64,000 nucleotides of DNA from a virus (Duplodnaviria; Caudoviricetes): the IMG/VR virus record IMGVR_UViG_3300032216_001376, positions 2,081-66,080 of that record. One strand, 5' to 3'. Position numbers and translations under genes: made by a program. How positions within the stretch are numbered: position 1 is the first letter of the stretch; each line of letters opens with the position of its first letter. Positions 52,737 through 62,148 of the stretch are shown in pieces. The notes under the pieces are model-generated. The model was not told the DNA's origin. It was given only the letters and a program-made list of their open reading frames with translations, and searched no databases.

Positions 52737-52907
52737 ATGAATCTAAGAGAAATGTATGATTTAACAATTGCTATTGACCTAGCAATTAAAGCGATCGAAA
52801 GTGGTGGTGATGATGAAAAAAGACGTCGGAAGCCTAATTATGATTGGCAACTTATGAATGACGCGCTTTATTGTTTAAAAAAAATACGTGACGGAGAAAC
52901 TTTATAA
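52737..52907 (+). CDS. Hypothetical protein (56 aa)
   Basis: Manually translated; AAGGAG RBS. Confidence 0.6.
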   Translation: MNLREMYDLTIAIDLAIKAIESGGDDEKRRRKPNYDWQLMNDALYCLKKIRDGETL

Positions 52908-52947
52908 AATTTTAATCGCAGATACGTCTGCTTGCCTAGGAGCATTT

Positions 52948-54885
52948 ATGATTTACAGCATTGACTTTGAGACACGTAGTTGTATTGACCTAACAGAACA
53001 AGGGCTAGACATATACGCCAACGACCCATCAACCGAGGTACTGTGCGTTGCGTTCGGCACATCACCACAGGCTATAGGCCTTTATGTACCAAGTAGAAAA
53101 ACTCCGGGTGCTTTAATGGAGCACGTTGCCGAGGGAGGCAAGATACAGGCGTGGAATGCCATGTTTGAGTACGCTATCTGGAACTGTGTGTGCGTGCCCA
53201 AGTACGGCTGGCCGGTACTAAAACTGGAGCAGGTAATTGACTCCATGGCCATAGCCGCGGCCAATAACATACCGCAAAACTTAGACGACGCCGGCAAGTT
53301 TTTAGACTCAGAGTTTCAGAAGGACGCAACCGGCAAAAAATTAATCCAAAAGCTCTGCAAGCCATTGAAAACAAACGATGTTAACCGGCAAAATAACCGG
53401 CAATTTAATGAGGACCCGGAGCTGTTAAGCCAGTTGTATAAGTACTGTCAACAAGACGTGCGCACCGAAATGTCGATCGTCTCCAAACTGCGCCCGCTGT
53501 CTGATAGCGAGCAGGCAGTCTGGGAATTAACCCAGCGTATTAATTTGCGCGGCGTGCCAGTTGATCCAAAAGAGCTCCAAAACGCCGTAAAAGCCGTTCA
53601 GAGCGCACAGAAAGCACTGGATGATGAGTTGGTATCACTGACAGGCTGCAAGCCCTCTGAGCGTGCCAAATTGTTGGACTGGATTAACAGAAACAGTGCG
53701 GACAAAATGGACAACCTGACCGCTGAGACGGTTGAAAAAATGTTGCAGTGCAACATAGACTCAAAGGTTCGTAGGGTGTTAGAATTAAGACAAGAAGGAA
53801 GCCAGACTAGCGTGGCTAAGTACGCTAAAATGATGGAGATACAAAGAGATGGAAAAATTAGGAATACGCTGGTATATCATGGCGCTAGTACCGGCCGCTG
53901 GGCGAGCCGTGGGGGACTTAACTTACAGAATATTGCCAGGCCTACGCTCGAAGATGATGATATTAAATTGGCAATACCGAGAGTATTTGGAGAAGGAAAG
54001 GCAAGCATGGCTGAACTCTCCTCACTCGTCCGATCTGCCATCAAATCTCCGAGCGGACAAACCTTCGTTGACGTGGATTTTAGCTCAATTGAAAACCGAG
54101 TTGGGGTTTGGCTCGCAGGACAAAACGACAAGGTCGAGCTCTTCAGAAAGGGACTAGATGAGTACAAAGTATTTGCGTCGGAAAGTTTATATCATGTGCC
54201 TTATGATGCAGTTACGAAGGATCAACGGCAAGTTTCCAAGTCGGCAGTTCTTGGAGCAATGTTCGGACAAGGGGCTAAAGGACTTGTCAGTTACGCTGAG
54301 GGAATGGGAGTCAAGATATCCGAAGCACAGGCTAAAGAGGCTGTGGAGAACTATCGTAGGTCTTACTCCAAGGTAAAAAACCTATGGTACGCCTGTGAGC
54401 AGGCAGCGATTGGCGCGGTTGATAACCCCGGAGAGGTGATAAAGGTTGGCAAGCACCTTGTTTTGCACTGTGCAAAAAACACACTTTGGATGCAACTACC
54501 CAGCGGTCGTTCCATCTGCTGGCAAAGGCCACAGCTCGAGCTGCGCCCAACCCCTTGGGGCGAGGAGAGGTACGGCGTCACTGTCAACAGCCAGAACACC
54601 TACACCCGGCAGTGGGGCAGGAACATTCTGATTGGGTCCAGCATATTTCAGTCTGCGGTCCAAGGGACAGCTCGTGATTTTCTTGCCTTTGCTATGACTA
54701 GCCTTGATGACGCTGGTTACAACGTAATAAACTCCATCCATGACGAGGTACTCCTGTTAGTTGAAGAACAAAACGGGGAGTCCGCGCTGGATGACGTGGT
54801 CAAAATAATGACCAAATCACCAGCATGGGCGCCCGATTTTCCTCTTGCAGCCGAGGGATGGCATGGAAAACGTTACAGAAAGTAG
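52948..54885 (+). CDS. polA: DNA polymerase family A (phage type; likely start MIYSIDFETRS)
   Basis: Exo I SIDFETRS; TGRWAS...NLQN; motif A DFSSIENRV; motif B RQVSKSAVLGAMFG; motif C IHDE. Confidence 0.95.
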   Translation: MIYSIDFETRSCIDLTEQGLDIYANDPSTEVLCVAFGTSPQAIGLYVPSRKTPGALMEHVAEGGKIQAWNAMFEYAIWNCVCVPKYGWPVLKLEQVIDSMAIAAANNIPQNLDDAGKFLDSEFQKDATGKKLIQKLCKPLKTNDVNRQNNRQFNEDPELLSQLYKYCQQDVRTEMSIVSKLRPLSDSEQAVWELTQRINLRGVPVDPKELQNAVKAVQSAQKALDDELVSLTGCKPSERAKLLDWINRNSADKMDNLTAETVEKMLQCNIDSKVRRVLELRQEGSQTSVAKYAKMMEIQRDGKIRNTLVYHGASTGRWASRGGLNLQNIARPTLEDDDIKLAIPRVFGEGKASMAELSSLVRSAIKSPSGQTFVDVDFSSIENRVGVWLAGQNDKVELFRKGLDEYKVFASESLYHVPYDAVTKDQRQVSKSAVLGAMFGQGAKGLVSYAEGMGVKISEAQAKEAVENYRRSYSKVKNLWYACEQAAIGAVDNPGEVIKVGKHLVLHCAKNTLWMQLPSGRSICWQRPQLELRPTPWGEERYGVTVNSQNTYTRQWGRNILIGSSIFQSAVQGTARDFLAFAMTSLDDAGYNVINSIHDEVLLLVEEQNGESALDDVVKIMTKSPAWAPDFPLAAEGWHGKRYRK

Positions 54886-54886
54886 A

Positions 54887-57800
54887 CTAGCACTTCCACT
54901 TGCGTAAAGCCTTGTTGATGCGTGAGTCAGGATCGTTGGCAGTCTCAGAGGATGTTAGCTTCTTTTTCATGCCGGTCATCCTGGCGCAGAACGAGTCTTT
55001 GCGTGAGCCACCCTCAGGCTGTGGCGCCTTCAAGTGCGCGCCGTGTGCCTTGTTGTACGAAGCACGACCCTTGGCATTCAAACCACCCTCAGGGTTCTTG
55101 CCCTCCGAGCGCTGCCAGGCCTCACCACCACCGGCTAGGTGCATCAGGCCACCCTCTGCCTTGGTGATGTCTGGGTTTGTAAAATCGTACGTGCCCTGAT
55201 TGCCAATAGCAGACTTGATTTGTTTAGGGTCATAAATGCCTAGATTTTTTTGACCACCTTCACGCACCCAAAAGCTGTCATGTCCCATGTTTTTAATTGC
55301 CTGCTGTACCGCGGGCGATTCTATTTCTGACCAGTTACCACCCATAAGGTTGTTTACCTGTTTGTAGGCGTCTCGCACGTCAGCATTTTTTGCCAAGTTT
55401 AGCCTTAACGCGTCTAAGTGCTTTTGGTTCTCGTAGTCAAACGGATTGGTGGCGTTTACGTGCACCGGCATAGTGTTTGCACGAGTAGTCAATTGATTTC
55501 TAGCCAAGGTTTCTAACTCGTCGCCCCAACTACTACCACTTTTATTTGCAATACGAACGGCATCTTTTTTTAACAATTCAAACTTACCTGGATCTTCTAC
55601 TTTAAGTTTTCTTAGGAAATTGTTAGCCAGATAGTTTTCGCTTGAGTCACTAAAGTCTTGTGCAAACCTAGGGGTGGGCGATAAGAACGTCGCGTTTGCT
55701 TGCTTGGGAACAAACTGGTTAATGTCCGCCGAGGTGCCATGGTACATCACGTCCGGCACGTCTAGGTGCCTGTTAGCAAATGCCTTAGCCTTGTTCGTTT
55801 CCCGCTGAGCCAGCGGGAGGAGCTTTTTTGCTAGTTCAGCCAGCCCGCCCCCAGCGTAGTGTTTCTTTGGAAAGTCTTTTAGCTCTAAGCGCGGGTCTTC
55901 CCAGTGCGTTGACTCTAGGCCCTGTTTTGGCACCATGACTAGCGGCCCTGACTGTAGTTTTTGTTCCGCCGACCACACCGGCATGCCGGTAGACTTGTCA
56001 TAGAACTGTGAGTGCCGGCGCGGGTCCATGCCGATCTGTGTCCACTTAGGATCGTTCAGGTACTCTGCCATCATGCGACGCACTTCGTCATCATGCGTGC
56101 CAACGTTAGTGCCCTTTATCATCGCTATAGGGGCCTTAGACTTGCCTATTTCTGCCCCTAAGGGGGTAAGGGCTTGCTCGGCTGTTCCGAGGCCCATACG
56201 TACCGCAGAATTGGGCAGGGAACTAAAATCCACATCTGTCAGGTGACCAGTTCGGTTATAACTAACTGCTTTATTTTTATTGTTAATATCGTGCACGGTG
56301 TCAACGTACACGCCGTTTTGTGTGTACGCCGGAATGTCTAGTCGGTTACCAACCCGCATGCCTGCTGGCACTTCTGCCAACGCCAAGGGTTGTTTGTTTG
56401 ACATTAACGCATTACGAATTTCTTCGTCCGTGGCGTTAGGAGGTAATCCGGACCACTTACGAATGGGCAGGTGCTGGTTCATAATATTAATACGCTCGGC
56501 GTTGCTGATGTTGCCTTTTAAATAATGCTCAAGAGCCTGCGCCACCTTAGGCAGTTGGCTTACTGACTTACCACCAGCGTAGCCTTGAATTGAGCCACCT
56601 TCTGCATAGTCACCAGATTTATTACCATAAATAAATTTGTGGATATCATCAAGACTATTAGGATTAATTTTGTCGGATTTAACAGCTTCTTTATATCTTC
56701 CTAAATTATCAACTACTTGTTGATTCATTGTTTGAGCTACGCCAGATTCTTGTGAACTAAGAATGTTTCTAGCCATTGCTCTTTGTTCGTTAGGATTTGC
56801 ATTTGCTGTTTTTGGCGCGGCTTTTATTTTAGATAATGCATCCCTGTAACTGTCAGGCATCCACAAAGAAACAGGTGCATTTACACCTTGCCCAACAAAT
56901 TTACTTGCATCCCCTGAATTATATGCGCTGTGATTTCCAAAATTAAATCCCCGATGGAACGGTTGAGATTCCATCACATTTAATCCCATATAGCCGGCCG
57001 GCGTGTTTCTTAAATCCGGATCCCTAAGAGCATGATATAAATCTTCCGCGTTATAATCAAGTAATTTTTGATTTTCCTTGGTGCCAAGTCTTCCAGTAAT
57101 TGCTTTTCTAAGTTGCCCTGGAGTTGTTCCTAAATCAAAACCACCCGTTAAAATTTGCTGTTGTAAACGCGGATCATCAAAACCTACAAAATTTTGTAAT
57201 TTAGGATGAAATGATTGAACTTGGTTATTTAATTTTTTAATTATTTCCGGTGAAAATTGCCGTTGTTTTAATAAATCAAGTTGAACGTTAATTGGCATTG
57301 TTGAAAATGCTTCAGAACCATATCCCATAGAAGAAGGTATATTTAATACTCTACCACTACCCCCTCGCTCCGCACTACCTTCTCGCGATGCAGCATCAAC
57401 ACGCTTTAAAATACGATCATTAATTTCTTTTTGTGACGCACCACCAAGGCCAATTGATTGATTATATATGTCACGACCAAATCCCTGTCCACCTTCTGTA
57501 ATAATTGGGTTTATTAATTTATGACCAGACACCTCATCAACTCTGTAATTCCTACTAGATAAATCATAAGGCCTATGTAATATTTTAGCACCCATATATT
57601 TTGCAGGATCAAATTCGTATGGCATAATTAGCCCACCTAAATCTGTCGTTTTGTATCTTGTACCAACCAATGGATTAGGATTAATATCTGTATGGTGTAA
57701 ATACCCTTTAATACTATTAGTTATATTTTGTACTTGTTTACCTTTAGAGTATCCCTGTATTGGCCCACCCTCGGCGTGCTTGAACACAACTGATTGTCTT

Positions 57801-59131
57801 GCTTCATCCCTAAGTTTTTTGTCTTGCAGGGCGTGCATAAGTTTAATCTGCGCATCTTCGCCCTCATTTAACGTTCCAGGTTTTAGTGCGTCATATATTG
57901 CCAATGGGGCAAACAATTTACTCATTCCAGCCATACCAATCTTACCCGCCATTTTAGGAGCCATTGCCGCCCCAGATGCTAAGGTATTAGCTGTGTTTAC
58001 GCCAGCGTCGACGTAGTTACCCTTTTCTATATCGTGCGGTATTTCCATCGCGCTTAAAAGACCAAGACCTTGTAATCCCTTGTTTCCAACACCCATCGTT
58101 TTTTTAACAATCGGACTGTTTTGTACGCGTGACAACCCACCCATCACTGCGCCGGTGTAGTCGTTCAGCATGTTTGAACCAATTGACCCACCACCAGCGT
58201 GTCCTTCCGGTTCTTTATTAAACAGGTAGTTGTATCCTTGTTCAACAAGTGGGCTGGTAGCAAGCCCAATTATTCCGCCAAGTACTCCGCCGCGTAGCCC
58301 CTTCTTTTGGTACAATGGGCGGTTTTGGTGCGCCTGTTTTTGTAACTCTTGTTGGTAAACAGCTTCATTACGTTTGTTAACATCCGCAACGTGCTGCTCT
58401 TGTTTTGCCTTGTGTTCTTTTTGATCGTACTCGTGCGAGAGCTTTTGTTTTTGCGTTGCGGTTGCGTGCTCTTGGTTAAGCCTATTAACTTCTTGAGCGT
58501 GAGCAGCCTTTTCCCTGTTGTACTGGTTTAGCAGGTCTTCTCTTGCTTTTTGTAACTCTGCGCGGTGCTGTGCTTGTTGCTGTCGCACCATGTCCATATT
58601 TTGTTTTTGATCAGACTGTAAGGATATCTGGTCCATAATGCCTTGAACATTTAATGGACCCGTAATATTTTTAGCAACCTTACCACCGCCAATTGGCGCA
58701 TTTTGTGCTTTCTTATGCTCCACAACGTCTTCTACGGTGTAGCCTGGGCCTGACCCGTAACCAGTTGCGGCGGAGTACGCCTGTCCAGGAGACACCCCTG
58801 GCGTAGACGTCCCAATACTTGGCAGTATAGGTTTTGCTGGCGCTGGGGGAATTACTGGTTTTGGAATAGCGACCGGTGGTACCGGACCGGGGCCAATACT
58901 TTGTACCGGTGGAATCGGTATGCTAATCCTATTAAGCTTGGCATTGTCGGCCATGGAACCAAGTTTACTACCCACCAAAGCACCGGCGGCGGTACTTGCC
59001 ACCGCAGCGCCAGGCGTTACATTAAAAGCTCCTGACTCATTTTCTTCTTTTAAAAACTCATCCGGGTCAAATTCTTTTTTTGGTTTTATTGGATCTGGTT
59101 CACTAATAAATTTATCTGGGTCAAAGGCCAT
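54887..59131 (-). CDS. Large multi-domain internal virion protein (1414 aa) with ART-PolyVal-like domain and C-terminal DUF6321-like module
   Basis: FDPDxF repeats; five AxGG junctions; YHGT...F...TFLS...FA...MPVHV...PFD...DPKQIKSAIGN.GT.D; AWQR.EGKNPEGGLNAKGRASY...RK.SFCARM...LRKWKC. Confidence 0.75.
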   Translation of the reverse strand: MAFDPDKFISEPDPIKPKKEFDPDEFLKEENESGAFNVTPGAAVASTAAGALVGSKLGSMADNAKLNRISIPIPPVQSIGPGPVPPVAIPKPVIPPAPAKPILPSIGTSTPGVSPGQAYSAATGYGSGPGYTVEDVVEHKKAQNAPIGGGKVAKNITGPLNVQGIMDQISLQSDQKQNMDMVRQQQAQHRAELQKAREDLLNQYNREKAAHAQEVNRLNQEHATATQKQKLSHEYDQKEHKAKQEQHVADVNKRNEAVYQQELQKQAHQNRPLYQKKGLRGGVLGGIIGLATSPLVEQGYNYLFNKEPEGHAGGGSIGSNMLNDYTGAVMGGLSRVQNSPIVKKTMGVGNKGLQGLGLLSAMEIPHDIEKGNYVDAGVNTANTLASGAAMAPKMAGKIGMAGMSKLFAPLAIYDALKPGTLNEGEDAQIKLMHALQDKKLRDEARQSVVFKHAEGGPIQGYSKGKQVQNITNSIKGYLHHTDINPNPLVGTRYKTTDLGGLIMPYEFDPAKYMGAKILHRPYDLSSRNYRVDEVSGHKLINPIITEGGQGFGRDIYNQSIGLGGASQKEINDRILKRVDAASREGSAERGGSGRVLNIPSSMGYGSEAFSTMPINVQLDLLKQRQFSPEIIKKLNNQVQSFHPKLQNFVGFDDPRLQQQILTGGFDLGTTPGQLRKAITGRLGTKENQKLLDYNAEDLYHALRDPDLRNTPAGYMGLNVMESQPFHRGFNFGNHSAYNSGDASKFVGQGVNAPVSLWMPDSYRDALSKIKAAPKTANANPNEQRAMARNILSSQESGVAQTMNQQVVDNLGRYKEAVKSDKINPNSLDDIHKFIYGNKSGDYAEGGSIQGYAGGKSVSQLPKVAQALEHYLKGNISNAERINIMNQHLPIRKWSGLPPNATDEEIRNALMSNKQPLALAEVPAGMRVGNRLDIPAYTQNGVYVDTVHDINNKNKAVSYNRTGHLTDVDFSSLPNSAVRMGLGTAEQALTPLGAEIGKSKAPIAMIKGTNVGTHDDEVRRMMAEYLNDPKWTQIGMDPRRHSQFYDKSTGMPVWSAEQKLQSGPLVMVPKQGLESTHWEDPRLELKDFPKKHYAGGGLAELAKKLLPLAQRETNKAKAFANRHLDVPDVMYHGTSADINQFVPKQANATFLSPTPRFAQDFSDSSENYLANNFLRKLKVEDPGKFELLKKDAVRIANKSGSSWGDELETLARNQLTTRANTMPVHVNATNPFDYENQKHLDALRLNLAKNADVRDAYKQVNNLMGGNWSEIESPAVQQAIKNMGHDSFWVREGGQKNLGIYDPKQIKSAIGNQGTYDFTNPDITKAEGGLMHLAGGGEAWQRSEGKNPEGGLNAKGRASYNKAHGAHLKAPQPEGGSRKDSFCARMTGMKKKLTSSETANDPDSRINKALRKWKC

Positions 59132-61134
59132 TATTTTATCCCTAATTTTTTCTTGATTGCTGGAACTCTTGGATCGTTGGGGTTGTTTTTAATCCAATCC
59201 ATCGCCTCTGAGTTTGCTGCAGACTTACCTAATGAGATTTTTTCATTGTGTAGTTGGTCTGCTTTTTCGCCATACTCATTGACAAGTTTTTTGTATTCTT
59301 TTGAACCTTCAAACTTAGAAAAATCTTTGTAGCTGTCACGATTAGCGTCGTACATATCTCGAGATTTTTGTCTAAACTCTGATGCCAATGCAAGTGCTTT
59401 TGCGGTCTTAACAACTACCTCAGCTGGGTCAGATATACTACCGGCGGCGCGTTGTAATATGGCGCGTTCATTATCTGACACAGGACCCTGTCCTTTTAAT
59501 ATGGCGGACTTTGCTAACTCCAGGTTTGCAAACATTTGTTTTACTTCTGCTCTTGTAACTGTATCTGCTTTGCCATATTTTTTGTCAAACGCCTGTAAGT
59601 ACGCGTCTTCCAGGTTAATACTAAGCGTACCAAACCTGCCAAGCTCTACGCCGTTCTTTAACAATGCGCCCGCCGCGTTAACAAATCCTGGGTCGGAAAA
59701 CACGCCGGCAATTTTAGGATTCTCAGATACTTTTTTAGCGATTGACGTTGCATTTGAACGTTGCTGATCAACAGTGTACGGCTCCGTAACCGCCTCAAAA
59801 TCAGTCCTACGCTTTTCGGCCAACTTAGCCTGTTCTCCAGCGGCCGTTTTTGGCCCTTCTTCTGCCAATCGAATCTGTGACTTGTATAGTTCTTCTGCCT
59901 GCGCCATACGTGATTTATAGGTTTCGTCTGACTCGCCCTGAACCCTTTTAGGAGGTACAAACACTGGCACTGCATTTGCTGTGGCAGTTGGTTGAACTGA
60001 CGTAGAACTTGCTCCATGCTCCATGCGTGTCTGTGCGTCACGGAATGTTTTTTGTTGTTCAGGGGTTAGCTGTCTGTAAGACTTAGACATCGTCGCGTCA
60101 TCAAATCCAGTGATAGACTGTAGCCCCCTTGCATAAGCCGCAGGATCATTTGCCCCGTCGCCTTTAGGCGCCCAAACAGACGGCACGTCTTTAAGTGCCT
60201 TGTTACCATACAAGCTACCATTTAATAGCTCATGCTGGGCTTTGCTGCCAGCCTCTAAGCTTGGGAATACTGCAATACCATTAGGAGATCCGTCAACGCT
60301 ACCAGTTGCGCCCTGAGACTTAGCAAAGGGTCCAAACCTAATGTTACCGGAGTTGTTGTTCTTAATACTTGAAGTCTGCGCAGTTGGTGTGACTTGCGCA
60401 GTTGGTGCGGCAGCAACCGGCTTGGTGTCTTGAACAACATCAGGGGAAACTTTTTTGCCGTTTGGTAAAATTCCTGTTCTTTTAAACTCAGACCATTGAT
60501 TGGCATCCATTTTTTGGTACGTGCCGTCAGGTAATTCGTACTCGTTCTGTTTAAGAGACTCTGCACGGTATGTGCTTTGAGTTACGTTTTTAGTGAGCTC
60601 TTTATTGTAATTATCAATAATGTCTTGGGCACCCGCATAGTCACCTAATGCTTTTTTGGCAGCTGCTTGCTTTATTATAAAGTCAGGCAATTGAGCAATA
60701 CTACCAGCACCGCCAGCACCGCCAGCACCGCCAACACCACCAGCACTACCAGCACCGCCGCCTAATTGAGTGTCCAAGGACTTACCAAGAATTTCGTTTT
60801 GTTGTTGCTGGCTTCTTAAAACAGCCAACTGATTACGCATGCCAAACAAACTTTCTTGCTGTGCGCGCTTTTCTTGGTCACGTGCTTGAAGGGCCATTCC
60901 AGGGTTGCCTGACGTAAACGCCGACGCGTCCTTTAAGCCCTCAATGAACGGTGATAGAATCCCTTTTTGTGGGGCCTCACGTTCTGCTATCATAGCCTCT
61001 AAATTTTTGAGTAAGTCCGACCCTATAGCAGTCCTAAGCGGCACCTTACCAACGCCCTTAATATCCACGTTGGTTTTTGTTGGCGTGGAGTTTAGTGTGT
61101 CTAACGGACTTGATTCTTCTTCTTGAATTGCCAT
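59131..61134 (-). CDS. Internal virion/ejection protein (667 aa) with a putative muralytic NNxGNI domain
   Basis: KNNNSGNIRFG...G.AVFPSLEAG..A...LL...WAP..D.AND..AYA; coiled coils. Confidence 0.6.
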   Translation of the reverse strand: MAIQEEESSPLDTLNSTPTKTNVDIKGVGKVPLRTAIGSDLLKNLEAMIAEREAPQKGILSPFIEGLKDASAFTSGNPGMALQARDQEKRAQQESLFGMRNQLAVLRSQQQQNEILGKSLDTQLGGGAGSAGGVGGAGGAGGAGSIAQLPDFIIKQAAAKKALGDYAGAQDIIDNYNKELTKNVTQSTYRAESLKQNEYELPDGTYQKMDANQWSEFKRTGILPNGKKVSPDVVQDTKPVAAAPTAQVTPTAQTSSIKNNNSGNIRFGPFAKSQGATGSVDGSPNGIAVFPSLEAGSKAQHELLNGSLYGNKALKDVPSVWAPKGDGANDPAAYARGLQSITGFDDATMSKSYRQLTPEQQKTFRDAQTRMEHGASSTSVQPTATANAVPVFVPPKRVQGESDETYKSRMAQAEELYKSQIRLAEEGPKTAAGEQAKLAEKRRTDFEAVTEPYTVDQQRSNATSIAKKVSENPKIAGVFSDPGFVNAAGALLKNGVELGRFGTLSINLEDAYLQAFDKKYGKADTVTRAEVKQMFANLELAKSAILKGQGPVSDNERAILQRAAGSISDPAEVVVKTAKALALASEFRQKSRDMYDANRDSYKDFSKFEGSKEYKKLVNEYGEKADQLHNEKISLGKSAANSEAMDWIKNNPNDPRVPAIKKKLGIK

Positions 61135-61147
61135 AATTTATTCCTTA

Positions 61148-62146
61148 TTAACCGTCGCCGTATGAACTTGCATCATACGGATTGACATTTGTTGCTAAAC
61201 TAACATCATTAATCGGAGTGTTGTCTGAATTAACAATAATACCATCCGGGTTAGTGTATGTTCCGTCACCTCTAGGTTGTAAAGTAATGCCCCCTGGTGT
61301 TGTTATTGAATTTACATTGTCCATTGAAACACCGCCACCACCACCAGAAGAACTATCAAACAATTTACCTATAGAACCAGCCAACCCGCTTAACCCACCT
61401 TTTATACCCAATTGTGTTAGAATATTATTTGCAGATGTTCCTAAACCAGCCAGCCCAGAAGTAAGGCCACCAAGTTGGCTATAAAAATCAGGTGTCTTTT
61501 CCGTTTTAACTGTTTGAGGAGCGTTGATACTAGCAAGTATGTTACCATAGTTAGCGGCGTTAGTAAACGGCGCGGCCATTTGTTCTTGGCCCACTTTCAT
61601 TTGGTCTGTCAATAATTGGTTTGCCGCGTTACTTTGCCCGATGCCGGCGTTTACGCCAGTGGCCTGGTTTTGCAGTGCTGACTGCATTTGCTGCGCTTGT
61701 AATTGCGCTAGTGCGTTTGCCTTAGCGGTATCGACCGCAGTCTGACCACGCAGGCTACCAAAGTTGCCAGAGCCAATCGCACCAGCCTCTGTGCCTGAAG
61801 TTAATGTGGGCAGCATTTGGTTTAACTGATCTCTTTGCGCCGCAAACAATCCACCCATTGCGGTGTTAGTATTTGGTGTTACGGCGCCAGTGGTGGGGTC
61901 TGTAATCCACGGATTAGCCGCACCGGAGGCTATAGAGCCTAGCGTATTGGTTGCCTGGTTAAACGCGTTATTAGGCTGTTGCAAAGTATTAATGGCACCT
62001 TGCGCAACCGTCTGGTTCAATTGAGGCGCAGAACCAGCTGCGGAGGCAGCGTTGTTAATTAAGTTTTGTTGGGCGGCATCGTACCAGCTTGGTAACGTTG
62101 TGGTTGATGACCCCGTGGATGTTGCTAAATTAGACAGTGCTGACAT
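61148..62146 (-). CDS. DNA ejection/pilot protein-like (332 aa)
   Basis: TTTLPSWY; A/G/Q-rich; GNFGSLRGQTA; ends in a Gly-rich helix. Confidence 0.6.
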   Translation of the reverse strand: MSALSNLATSTGSSTTTLPSWYDAAQQNLINNAASAAGSAPQLNQTVAQGAINTLQQPNNAFNQATNTLGSIASGAANPWITDPTTGAVTPNTNTAMGGLFAAQRDQLNQMLPTLTSGTEAGAIGSGNFGSLRGQTAVDTAKANALAQLQAQQMQSALQNQATGVNAGIGQSNAANQLLTDQMKVGQEQMAAPFTNAANYGNILASINAPQTVKTEKTPDFYSQLGGLTSGLAGLGTSANNILTQLGIKGGLSGLAGSIGKLFDSSSGGGGGVSMDNVNSITTPGGITLQPRGDGTYTNPDGIIVNSDNTPINDVSLATNVNPYDASSYGDG

Positions 62147-62148
62147 AA

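Noticed and set aside
31140-54885. Lysogeny module (integrase, repressor, parA)
   Set aside because: No tyrosine/serine recombinase, CI-like or partition motifs were recognised among the ORFs, although very small uncharacterised ORFs cannot be excluded.
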